From Eledone cirrhosa (taxonomy: Eukaryota): a stretch of 64,000 nucleotides of DNA. The first letter of the stretch is position 1; each line of letters starts with the position of its first letter. Positions 44,901-56,800 of the stretch are shown in pieces. The DNA is taken from contig OZ024744.1 in the NCBI GenBank assembly GCA_964016885.1, positions 131,812,001-131,876,000 on the forward strand, read 5' to 3'. Below the pieces are notes generated by a model. That model saw only the letters and a list, made by a program, of their open reading frames with translations. It was not told the origin of the DNA and ran no database searches. The translations under genes were made by a program, and so were the position numbers.

Positions 44901-47900
44901 AAGTTGGGGTTAAATTAAGTTGGGGTTAAGTTAAGTTGGGGGTAAGTTAAGTTGGGGTTAAGTTAAGTTGGGGTTAAGTTAAGTTGGGGACAAGTTAAGT
45001 TGGGGTTAAAATTAAGTTGGGGTTAAGTCAAGTTGGGGTTAAGTTAAGTTGGTGTTAATTTAAGTTGGGGCTAAGGTAAGTTGGGGTTGAGTTAAGTTGG
45101 GGTTAATTTAAATTGGGGTTAAGTTAACTTTGTGGTTAAGTTAAGTTGGGGTTAAGTTAAGTTGGGGTTAAGTTAAGTTGGGGTTGAGTTAAGTTGGGGT
45201 TGAGTGAAGTTGGGGTTAAGTTAAGTTGGGGTTGAGTTAAGTTGGCGTTAAGTTAAGTTGGGGTTGAGTTAAGTTGGGGTTGAGTTAATTTAGGGTTAAG
45301 TTAAGTTGGGGTTAAGTTAAGTTGGGTTTAAGGTAAGTTGGGGTTAAGTTAAGTTGGGGGTAAGTTAAGTTGGGGTTAAGTTAAGTTGGGGTTAAGTTAA
45401 GTTGGGGTTAAGTTAAGTTGGGGTCAAGTTAAGTTGGGGTTAAAATTAAGTTGGGGTTAAGTCAAGTTGGGGTTAAGTTAAGTTGGGGTTAATTTAGTTG
45501 GGGTTAAATTAAGTTGGGGCTAAGTTAAGTTGGGGCTAAGTTAAGTTGGGGCTAACTTAAGTTGGGGTTAAGTTAAGTTGGGGTTGAGTTAAGGTGGGGT
45601 TAATTTAAGTTGGGGTCAACTTAAATTGGGGTTAAGTTAAGTTGGGGTTAAGTTAAGTTGGGGTTAAGTTAAGTTGGGGTTAAGTTAAGTTGGGGTTAAA
45701 TTAAGTTGGTGTTAAGTTAAGTTGGGGCTAAGTTAAGTTGGGGCTGAGTTAAGTTGGGGTTGAGTTAAGTTGGGGTTAAGTTAAGTTGGGGTTAAGTTAA
45801 GTTGGGGTTAAGTTAAGTTGGGGTTAAGTTAAGTTGGGGTTAAGATGGGGTTAAATTAAGTTGGGTTTAAATTAAGTTGGGGTTAAGTTAAGTTGGGGTT
45901 AAGTTAAGTTGGGGTTAAGTTAAGTCGGGGTTAAGTTAAGTCGGGGTTAAGTTAAGTTAGGGTTAATTTAAGTTGGAGTTAAGTTAAGTTGGGGTTGAGT
46001 TGGGGTTAAATTAATTTGGGGTTAAGTTAAGTTGGGGTTTAGTTTAGTTGGGGTTAAGTTAAGTTGGGGTTAATTTAAGTTGGGGTTAAGTTAAGTTGCG
46101 GGTAATTTAAGTTGGGGTTAAGTTAAGTTGGGGTTAAGTTAAGTTGGGGTTAAGTTAAGTTGGGGTTAAGTTAAGTTGGGGTTAAGTTAAGTTGGGGGTA
46201 AGTTAAGTTGGGGTCAAGTTAAGTTGGGGTTAAAATTAAGTTGGGGTTAAGTCAAGTTGGGGTTAAGTTAAGTTGGGGTTAATTTAGTTGGGGTTAAGTT
46301 AAGTTGGGGCTAAGTTAAGTTGGGGCTAAGTTAAGTTGGGGTTAAGTTAAGTTGGGTTTAAGTTGAGTTGGGGTTAAATTAAGTTGGGGTTAAATTAAGT
46401 TGGGGTTAAGTTAAGTTGGGGGTAAGTTAAGTTGGGGTTAAGTTAAGTTGGGGTTAAGTTAAGTTGGGGACAAGTTAAGTTGGGGTTAAAATTAAGTTGG
46501 GGTTAAGTCAAGTTGGGGTTAAGTTAAGTTGGTGTTAATTTAAGTTGGGGCTAAGGTAAGTTGGGGTTGAGTTAAGTTGGGGTTAATTTAAATTGGGGTT
46601 AAGTTAACTTTGTGGTTAAGTTAAGTTGGGGTTAAGTTAAGTTGGGGTTAAGTTAAGTTGGGGTTGAGTTAAGTTGGGGTTGAGTGAAGTTGGGGTTAAG
46701 TTAAGTTGGGGTTGAGTTAAGTTGGCGTTAAGTTAAGTTGGGGTTGAGTTAAGTTGGGGTTGAGTTAATTTAGGGTTAAGTTAAGTTGGGGTTAAGTTAA
46801 GTTGGGTTTAAGGTAAGTTGGGGTTAAGTTAAGTTGGGGGTAAGTTAAGTTGGGGTTAAGTTAAGTTGGGGTTAAGTTAAGTTGGGGTTAAGTTAAGTTG
46901 GGGTCAAGTTAAGTTGGGGTTAAAATTAAGTTGGGGTTAAGTCAAGTTGGGGGTAAGTTAAGTTGGGGTTAATTTAGTTGGGGTTAAGTTAAGTTGGGGC
47001 TAAGTTAAGTTGGGGCTAAGTTAAGTTGGGGCTAACTTAAGTTGGGGTTAAGTTAAGTTGGGGTTGAGTTAAGGTGGGGTTAATTTAAGTTGGGGTCAAC
47101 TTAAATTGGGGTTAAGTTAAGTTGGGGTTAAGTTAAGTTGGGGTTAAGTTAAGTTGGGGTTAAGTTAAGTTGGGGTTAAATTAAGTTGGTGTTAAGTTAA
47201 GTTGGGGCTAAGTTAAGTTGGGGCTGAGTTAAGTTGGGGTTGAGTTAAGTTGGGGTTAAGTTAAGTTGGGGTTAAGTTAAGTTGGGGTTAAGTTAAGTTG
47301 GGGTTAAGTTAAGTTGGGGTTAAGATGGGGTTAAATTAAGTTGGGTTTAAATTAAGTTGGGGTTAAGTTAAGTTGGGGTTAAGTTAAGTTGGGGTTAAGT
47401 TAAGTCGGGGTTAAGTTAAGTCGGGGTTAAGTTAAGTTAGGGTTAATTTAAGTTGGAGTTAAGTTAAGTTGGGGTTGAGTTAAGTTGGGGTTGAGTTAAA
47501 TTGGGGTGGAGTTAAGTTGGGGTTGAGTTAAGTTGGTGTTGAGTTATGTTGGGGTTAAGTTAAGTCGGGGTTAAGTTAAGTTGCAGTTAATTTAAGTTGA
47601 GGTTAAGTTAAGTTGGGGTTAAGTTAAGTTGGGGTTAAGTTAAGTTGGGGCTAAGTTAAGTTGGGGCTAAGTTAAGTTGGGGCTAAGTTAAGTTGGGGTT
47701 CAGTTAAGTTGGGGTTAAGTTAAGTTTCGGTTAGGTTGGGGTTAAATTAAGTTGGGGTTAAGTTAAGTTGGGGTTTAGTTAAGTTGGGGTTAAGTTAAGT
47801 TGGGGTTAATTTAAGTTGGGGTTAAGTTAAGTTGGGGTTAAGTTAAGTGGTGGTTATGTTAAGTTGGGGTTAAGTTAAGTTGGGATTAATTTAAATTGGG

Positions 47901-50900
47901 GTTAAGTTAACTTTGTGGTTAAGTTAAGTGGGGGTTAAGTTAAGTTGGGGTTAAGTTAAGTTGGGGTTGAGTTAAGTTGGGGTTGAGTGAAGTTGGGGTT
48001 AAGTTAAGTTGGGGTTAATTTAAGTTGGGGTTAAGTTAAGTCGGGGTTAAATTAAGTTGGGGTTGAGTTAAGTTGGGGTTAATTTAAGTTGGGGCTAAGT
48101 TAATTTGTGGTTAAGTTAAGTTGGGGTTAAGTTAAGTTGGGGTTAAGTTAAGTTGGGGTTGAGTTAAGTTGGGGTTCAGTTAATTTGTGGTTAAGTTAAG
48201 TTGGGGTTAAGTTAAGTTGGGGTTAAGTTAAGTTGGGTTTAAGTTAAGTTGGGGTTAAATTAAGTTGGGGTTAAATTAAGTTGGGGTTAAGTTAGGTTGG
48301 GGGTAAGTTAAGTTGGGGTCAAGTTAAGTTGGGGTTAAAATTAAGTTGGGGTTAAGTCAAGTTGGGGTTAAGTTAAGTTGGGGTTAATTTAGTTGGGGTT
48401 AAGTTAAGTTGGGGCTAAGTTAAGTTGGGGCTAAGTTAAGTTGGGGCTAACTTAAGTTGGGGTTAAGTTAAGTTGGGGTTGAGTTAAGGTGGGGTTAATT
48501 TAAGTTGGGGTCAACTTAAATTGGGGTTAAGTTAAGTTGGGGTTAAGTTAAGTTGGGGTTAAGTTAAGTTGGGGTTAAGTTAAGTTGGGGTTAAATTAAG
48601 TTGGTGTTAAGTTAAGTTGGGGCTAAGTTAAGTTGGGGCTGAGTTAAGTTGGGGCTGAGTTAAGTTGGGGTTAAGTTAAGTTGGGGTTGAGTTAAGTTGG
48701 GGTTAAGTTAAGTTGGGGTTAAGTTAAGTTGGGGTTAAGTTAAGTTGGGGTTAAGTTAAGTTGGGGTTGAGTTAAGTTGGGGTTAAGTTAAGTTGGGGTT
48801 CAGTTAATTTGGGGTTAAGTTAAGTTGGCGTTAAGATGGGGTTAAATTAAGTTGGGGTTAAGTTAAGTTGGGGTTAAGTTAAGTTGGGGTTCAGTTAAGT
48901 TGGGGTTAAGTTAAGTTGGGTTTAAGATGGGGTTAAATTAAGTTGGGGTTAAGTTAAGTTGGGGTTAAGTTAAGTTGGGGTTAAGTTAAGTTGGGGTTAA
49001 GTTAAGTCGGGGTTAAGTTAAGTCGGGGTTAAGTTAAGTTAGGGTTAATTTAAGTTGGAGTTAAGTTAAGTTGGGGTTGAGTTAAGTTGGGGTTGAGTTA
49101 AATTGGGGTGGAGTTAAGTTGGGGTTGAGTTAAGTTGGTGTTGAGTTATGTTGGGGTTAAGTTAAGTTGGGGTTAAGTTAAGTTGCAGTTAATTTAAGTT
49201 GAGGTTAAGTTAAGTTGGGGTTAAGTTAAGTTGGGGTTAAGTTAAGTTGGGGCTAAGTTAAGTTGGGGCTAAGTTAAGTTGGGGCTAAGTTAAGTTGGGG
49301 TTCAGTTAAGTTGGGGTTAAGTTAAGTTTGGGTTAAGTTGGGGTTAAATTAAGTTGGAGTTAAGTTAAGTTGGGGTTGAGTTAAGTTGGGGTTGAGTTAA
49401 ATTGGGGTGGAGTTAAGTTGGGGTTGAGTTAAGTTGGTGTTGAGTTATGTTGGGGTTAAGTTAAGTTGGGGTTAAGTTAAGTTGCAGTTAATTTAAGTTG
49501 GAGTTAAGTTAAGTTGGGGTTGAGTTAAGTTGGGGTTGAGTTAAATTGGGGTGGAGTTAAGTTGGGGTTGAGTTAAGTTGGTGTTGACTTATGTTGGGGT
49601 TAAGTTAAGTTGGGGTTAAGTTAAGTTGCAGTTAATTTAAGTTGAGGTTAAGTTAAGTTGGGGTTAAGTTAAGTTGGGGTTAAGTTAAGTTGGGGCTAAG
49701 TTAAGTTGGGGCTAAGTTAAGTTGGGGCTAAGTTAAGTTGGGGCTAAGTTAAGTTGGGGTTTAGTTAAGTTGGGGTTAAGTTAAGTTTTGGGTCAATTTA
49801 AGTTGGGGTTAAGTTAAGTTGGGGTTAAGTTAAGTGGTGGTTATGTTAAGTTGGGGTTAAGTTAAGTTGGGATTAATTTAAATTGGGGTTAAGTTAACTT
49901 TGTGGTTAAGTTAAGTGGGGGTTAAGTTAAGTTGGGGTTAAGTTAAGTTGGGGTTGAGTTAAGTTGGGGTTGAGTGAAGTTGGGGTTAAGTTAAGTTGGG
50001 GTTAATTTAAGTTGGGGTTAAGTTAAGTCGGGGTTAAGTTAAGTTGGGGTTGAGTTAAGTTGGGGTTAATTTAAGTTGGGGCTAAGTTAATTTGTGGTTA
50101 AGTTAAGTTGGGGTTAAGTTAAGTTGGGGTTAAGTTAAGTTGGGGTTGAGTTAAGTTGGGGTTAAGTTAATTTGTGGTTAAGTTAAGTTGGGGTTAAGTT
50201 AAGTTGGGGTTAAGTTAAGTTGGGTTTAAGTTAAGTTGGGGTTAAATTAAGTTGGGGTTAAATTAAGTTGGGGTTAAGTTAGGTTGGGGGTAAGTTAAGT
50301 TGGGGGCAAGTTAAGTTGGGGTTAAGTTAAGTTGGGGTTAAATTAAGTTGGGGTTAAGTTAAGTTGGTGTTAAGTTAAGTTGGGGTTTATTTAAGTTGGG
50401 GTTAATTAAGTTGGGGTTAAGTTAAGTTGGGGTTAATTTAAGTTGGGGTTGAGTTAAGTTGGGGTTAAGTTAAGTTGGGTTTATATTAAGTTGGTGTTAA
50501 GTTAAGTTGGGGTTAAGTTAAGTTGGGATTCAGTTAAGTTGCGGTTAAGTTAAGTTGGGGTTAAGTTAAGTTGGGGTTAAGTTAAGTTGGGGTTAAGTTA
50601 AGTTGGGGTTAAGTTAAGTTGGTGTTAAGTTAAGTTGGGGCTAAGTTAAGTTGGGGCTGAGTTAAGTTGAGGCTGAGTTAAGTTGGGGTTAAGTTAAGTT
50701 GGGGTTGAGTTAAGTTGGGGTTAAGTTAAGTTGGGGTTAAGTTAAGTTGGGGTTAAGTTAAGTTGGGGTTAAGTTAAGTTGGGGTTTAGTTACGTTGGGG
50801 TTCAGTTAAGTTGGGGTTAAGTTAAGTTTGGGTTAAGTTGGGGTTAAATTAATTTGGGGTTAAGTTAAGTTGGGGTTTAGTTTAGTTGGGGTTAAGTTAA

Positions 50901-53820
50901 GTTGGGGTTAATTTAAGTTGGGGTTAAGTTAAGTTGCGGGTAATTTAAGTTGGGGTTAAGTTAAGTTGGGGTTAAGTTAAGTTGGGGGTAAGTTAAGTTG
51001 GGAGTAACTTAAGTTGGGGGTAAGTTAAGTTGGGGTTAAGTTAAGATAGGGTTAAGTTAAGTTGGGGTTGAGTTAAGTTGGGGTTAAGTTAAGTTGGAGT
51101 TACGTTAAGTTGGGGTTAAGTTAAGTTGCGGTTAAGTTAAGTTGGGGTTAAGTTAAGTTGGGGTTAAGTTAAATGGGGGTTAAGTTAAGTTGGGGTTAAG
51201 TTAAGTTGGGGTTAAGTTAAGTTGGGGTTAAGTTAGATTGTGGTTAAGTTAAGTTGGGGTTAAGTTAAGTTGGGGTTAAGTTAAGTTGGGGTTAAGTTGG
51301 GGTTAAGTTACGTTCGGATTAAGTTAAGTTGGGGTTGAGTTAAGTTGGGGTTAAGTTAAGTGGTGGTTATGTTAAGTTGGGGTTAAGTTAAATTGGGGTT
51401 AATTTAAATTGGGGTTAAGTTAACTTTGTGGTTAAGTTAAGTTGGGGTTAAGTTAAGTTGGGGTTAATTTAAGTTGGGGTTGAGTTAAGTTGGGGTTGAG
51501 TGAAGTTGGGGTTAAGTTAAGTTGGGGTTAAGTTAAGTTGGCGTTAAGTTAAGTTGGGGTTGAGTTAAGTTGAGGTTGAGTTAATTTAGGGTTAAGTTAA
51601 GTTGGGGTTAAGTTAAGTTGGGTTTAAGTTAAGTTGGGGTTAAATTAAGTTGGGGTTAAATTAAGTTGGGGTTAAGTTAAGTTGGGGGTAAGTTAAGTTG
51701 GGGTTAAGTTAAGTTGGGGTTAAGTTAAGTTGGGGTTAAGTTAGGTTGGGGTCAAGTTAAGTTGGGGTTAAGTTAAGTTGGGGTTAAGTTAAGTTGGGGT
51801 TAATTTAGTTGGGGTTAAGTTAAGTTGGGGCTAAGTTAAGTTGGGGCTAAGTTAAGTTGGGGTTAAGTTAAGTTGGGGTTAAGTTAAGTTGGGGTTAAGT
51901 TAAGTTGGGGTTAAGTTAAGTTGGGGTTAAGTTAAGTTGGTGTTAAGTTAAGTTGGGGCTAAGTTAAGTTGAGGCTGAGTTAAGTTGGGGCTGAGTTAAG
52001 TTGGGGTTAAGTTAAGTTGGGGTTGAGTTAAGTCGGGGTTAAGTTAAGTTGGGGTTAAGTTAAGTTGGGGTTAAGTTAAGTTGGGGTTAAGTTAAGTTGG
52101 GGTTAAGTTAAGTTGGGGTTGAGTTAAGTTGGGGTTAAGTTAAGTTGGGGTTAAGTTAAGTTGGGGTTCAGTTAAGTTTGGGTTAAGTTAAGTTGGGGTT
52201 AAGATGGGGTTAAATTAAGTTGGGGTTTAGTTAAGTTGGGGTTAAGTTAAGTTGGGGTTAAGTTAAGTTGGGGTTAAGTTAAGTCGGGGTTAAGTTAAGT
52301 CGGGGTTAAGTTAAGTTAGGGTTAAGTTAAGTTGGAGTTAAGTTAAGTTGGGGTTGATTTAAGTTGGGGTTGAGTTAAATTAGGGTGGAGTTAAGTTGGG
52401 GTTGAGTTAAGTTGGTGTTGAGTTAAGTTAGGGTTAAGTTAAATTGGGGTTAAGTTAAGTTGCAGTTAAGTTAAGTTGAGATTAAGTTAAGTTGGGGTTA
52501 AGTTAAGTTTGGGTTAAGTTGGGGTTAAATTAAGTTGGGGTTATGTTAAGTTGGGGTTTAGTTAAGTTGGGGTTAAGTTAAGTTGGGGTTAATTTAAGTT
52601 GGGGTTAAGTTAAGTTGGGGTTAAGTTAAGTGGTGGTTATGTTAAGTTGGGGTTAAGTTAAGTTGGGGTTAATTTAAATTGGGGTTAAGTTAACTTTGTG
52701 GTTAAGTTAAGTTGGGGTTAAGTTAAGTTGGGGTTAAGTTAAGTTGGGGTTGAGTTAATTGGGGTTGAGTGAAGTTGGGGTTAAGTTAAGTTGGGGTTAA
52801 TTTAAGTTGGGGTTAAGTTAAGTCGGGGTTAAGTTAAGTTGGGGTTGAGTTAAGTTGGGGTTAATTTAAGTTGGGGCTAATTTAATTTGTGGTTAAGTTG
52901 GGGTTAAGTTAAGTTGGGGTTAAGTTAAGTTGGGGTTGAGTTAAGTTGGGGTTGAGTTAATTTAGGGTTAAGTTAAGTTGGGGTTAAGTTAAGTTGGGTT
53001 TAAGTTAAGTTGGGGTTAAATTAAGTTGGGGTTAAGTTAAGTTGGGGGTAAGTTAAGTTGGGGGCAAGTTAAGTTGGGGTTAAGTTAAGTTGGGGTTAAA
53101 TTAAGTTGGGGTTAAGTTAAGTTGGTGTTAAGTTAAGTTGGGGTTTATTTAAGTTGGGGTTAATTAAGTTGGGGTTAAGTTAAGTTGGGGTTAAGTTAAG
53201 TTGGGGTTAATTTAAGTTGGGGTTGAGTTAAGTTGGGGTTAAGTTAAATGGGTTTATATTAAGTTGGGGTTAAGTTAAGTTGGGGTTAAGTTAAGTTGGG
53301 GTTCAGTTAAGTTGCGGTTAATTTAAGTTGGGGTTAAGTTAAGTTGGGGTTAAGTTAAGTTGGGGTTAAGTTTAGTTGCGGCTAAGTTAAGTTGGGGTTA
53401 AGTTAAGTTGGTGTTAAGTTAAGTTGGGGCTAAGTTAAGTTGGGGCTGAGTTAAGTTGGGGCTGAGTTAAGTTGGGGTTAAGTTAAGTTGGGGTTGAGTT
53501 AAGTTGGGGTTAAGTTAAGTTGGGGTTAAGTTAAGTTGGGGTTAAGTTAAGTTGGGGTTAAGTTAAGTTGGGGTTTAGTTAAGTTGGGGTTCAGTTAAGT
53601 TGGGGTTAAGTTAAGTTTGGGTTAAGTTGGGGTTAAATTAATTTGGGGTTAAGTTAAGTTGGGGTTTAGTTTAGTTGGGGTTAAGTTAAGTTGGGGTTAA
53701 TTTAAGTTGGGGTTAAGTTAAGTTGCGGGTAATTTAAGTTGGGGTTAATTTAAGTTGGGGTTAAGTTAAGTTGGGGTTAAGTTAAGTTGGGGTTAAGTTA
53801 AGTTGGGGGTAAGTTAAGTT
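35730..53820 (+). repeat. Duplication about 35.7-43.15 kb / about 46.0-53.8 kb (offset 10.2-10.7 kb)
   Basis: ggggAcaag 36202/46470 (10268); tttCggtt 37492/47728 (10236); ttttgggtCaatt 39174/49794 (10620); gggAgtaac 40335/51003 and gAgattaag 41811/52479 (both 10668). Confidence 0.87.
44521..47480 (+). repeat. 1480-bp tandem duplication (44521-46000 / 46001-47480)
   Basis: ggggAcaag 44990/46470 and ggctaaGgtaag 45075/46555; hybrid 11-mer junction ggggttgagtt at 45991-46001. Confidence 0.9.
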
Positions 53821-56800
53821 GGGGGTAAGTTAAGTTGGGGGTAAATTAAGTTGGGGTTAAGTTAACTTAGGGTTAAGTTAAGTTGGGGTTGAGTTAAGTT
53901 GGGGTTAAGTTAAGTTGGGGTTATGTTAAGTTGGGGTTAAGTTAAGTTGCGGTTAAGTTAAGTTGGCGTTATGTTAAGTTGGGGTTAAGTTAAATTGGGG
54001 TTAAGTTAAGTTGGGGTTAAGTTAAGTTGGGGTTAAGTTAAGTTGGGGTTAAGTTAGATTGTGGTTAAGTTAAGTTGGGGTTAAGTTAAGTTGGGGTTAA
54101 GTTAAGTTGGGGTTAAGTTAAGGCGGGGTTAAGTTGAGTTGGTGTTAAGTTAAGTTGGGGTTAAGTTAAGTTGGGGTTGATTTAATTTGGGGTTAACTTA
54201 AGTTGGGGGTACTTAAGTTGGGTTTAAGTTAAGTGGGGTTAAGTTAAGTTGGGGTTAAGTTAAGTTGGGGTTAAGTTAAGTTGGGGTTAAGTTAGGTTGT
54301 GGTTAAGTTAAGTTGGGGGTAAGTTAAGTTGGGGGTAAGTTAAGTTGGGGTTAATTTAAGTTGGGTCTAATTAAGTTGGGGTTAATTTAAGTTGGGGTTA
54401 AGTTAAGTTGGGGTTGAGTTAATTTGGGGTTAACTTAAGTTGGGGGTACTTAAGTTGGGTTTAAGTTAAGTGGTGTTAAGTTAAGTTGGGGGTAAGTTAA
54501 TTTGGGGGTAAGTTAAGTTGGGGTTAATTTAAGTTGGGTCAAATTAAGTTGGGGTTAAGTTAAGTTGGGGTTAAGTTAAGTTGGGGTTAAATTAAGTTGG
54601 GGTTAAGTTAAGTTGGGGTTAAATTAAGTTGGCGTAAGTTAATTTGTGGTTAAGTTAAGTTGGGGTTAAGGTAAGTTGGGATTAAGTTAAGTTGGGGTTG
54701 AGTTAAGTTGGGGTTGAGTTAATTTAGGGTTAAGTTAAGTTGTGGTTAAGTTAAGTTGGGTTTAAGTTAAGTTGGGGTTAAATTAAGTTGGGGTTAAATT
54801 AAGTTGGGGTTAAGTTAGGTTGGGGGTAAGTTAAGTTGGGGGCAAGTTAAGTTGGGGTTAAGTTAAGTTGGGGTTAAATTAAGTTGGGGTTAAGTTAAGT
54901 TGGTGTTAAGTTAAGTTGGGGTTTATTTAAGTTGGGGTTAATTAAGTTGGGGTTAAGTTAAGTTGGGTTTAAGTTAAGTTGGGGTTAATTTAAGTTGGGC
55001 TTGAGTTAAGTTGGGGTTAAGTTAAGTTGGGTTTATATTAAGTTGGGGTTAAGTTAAGTTGGGGTTAAGTTAAGTTGGGGTTCAGTTAAGTTGCGGTTAA
55101 GTTAAGTTGGGGTAAAGTTAAGTTGGTGTTAAGTTAAGTTGGGGTTAAGTTAAGTTGGTGTTAAGTTAAGTTGGGGCTAAGTTAAGTTGGGGCTGAGTTG
55201 AGTTGGGGTTGAGTTAAGTTGGGGTTAATTTAAATTGGGGTTAAGTTAACTTTGTGGTTAAGTTAAGTTGGGGTTAAGTTAAGTTGGGGCTAAGTTAAGT
55301 TGGGGTTGAGTTAAGTTGGGGCTGAGTTAAGTTGGGGTTAAGTTAAGTTGGGGTTGAGTTAAGTTGGGGTTAAGTTAAGTTGGGGCTAAGTTAAGTTGGG
55401 GCTAAGTTAAGTTGGGGTTCAGTTAAGTTGGGGTTAAGTTAAGTTTGGGTTAAGTTGGGGTTAAATTAAGTTGGGGTTAAGTTAAGTTGGGGTTTAGTTA
55501 AGTTGGGGTTAAGTTAAGTTGGGGTTAATTTAAGTTGGGGTTAAGTTAAGTTGGGGTTAAGTTAAGTGGTGGTTATGTTAAGTTGGGGTTAAGTTAAGTT
55601 GGGATTAATTTAAATTGGGGTTAAGTTAACTTTGTGGTTAAGTTAAGTGGGGGTTAAGTTAAGTTGGGGTTAAGTTAAGTTGGGGTTGAGTTAAGTTGGG
55701 GTTGAGTGAAGTTGGGGTTAAGTTAAGTTGGGGTTAATTTAAGTTGGGGTTAAGTTAAGTCGGGGTTAAGTTAAGTTGGGGTTGAGTTAAGTTGGGGTTA
55801 ATTTAAGTTGGGGCTAAGTTAATTTGTGATTAAGTTAAGTTGGGGTTAAGTTAAGTTGGGGTTAAGTTAAGTTGGGGTTGAGTTAAGTTGGGGTTAAGTT
55901 AAGTTGGGGTTAAGTTAGATTGTGGTTAAGTTAAGTTGGGGTTAAGTTAAGTTGGGGTTAAGTTAAGTTGGGGTTAAGTTGGGGTTAAGTTACGTTAGGA
56001 TTAAGTTAAGTTGGGGTTGAGTTAAGTTGGGGTTAAGTTAAGTGGTGGTTATGTTAAGTTGGGGTTAAGTTAAATTGGGGTTAATTTAAATTGGGGTTAA
56101 GTTAACTTTGTGGTTAAGTTAAGTTGGGGTTAAGTTAAGTTGGGGTTAATTTAAGTTGGGGTTGAGTTAAGTTGGGGTTGAGTGAAGTTGGGGTTAAGTT
56201 AAGTTGGGGTTAAGTTAAGTTGGCGTTAAGTTAAGTTGGGGTTGAGTTAAGTTGAGGTTGAGTTAATTTAGGGTTAAGTTAAGTTGGGGTTAAGTTAAGT
56301 TGGGTTTAAGTTAAGTTGGGGTTAAATTAAGTTGGGGTTAAATTAAGTTGGGGTTAAGTTAAGTTGGGGGTAAGTTAAGTTGGGGTTAAGTTAAGTTGGG
56401 GTTAAGTTAAGTTGGGGTTAAGTTAGGTTGGGGTCAAGTTAAGTTGGGGTTAAGTTAAGTTGGGGTTAAGTTAAGTTGGGGTTAATTTAGTTGGGGTTAA
56501 GTTAAGTTGGGGCTAAGTTAAGTTGGGGCTAAGTTAAGTTGGGGTTAAGTTAAGTTGGGGTTAAGTTAAGTTGGGGTTAAGTTAAGTTGGGGTTAAGTTA
56601 AGTTGGGGTTAAGTTAAGTTGGTGTTAAGTTAAGTTGGGGCTAAGTTAAGTTGAGGCTGAGTTAAGTTGGGGCTGAGTTAAGTTGGGGTTAAGTTAAGTT
56701 GGGGTTGAGTTAAGTCGGGGTTAAGTTAAGTTGGGGTTAAGTTAAGTTGGGGTTAAGTTAAGTTGGGGTTAAGTTAAGTTGGGGTTAAGTTAAGTTGGGG

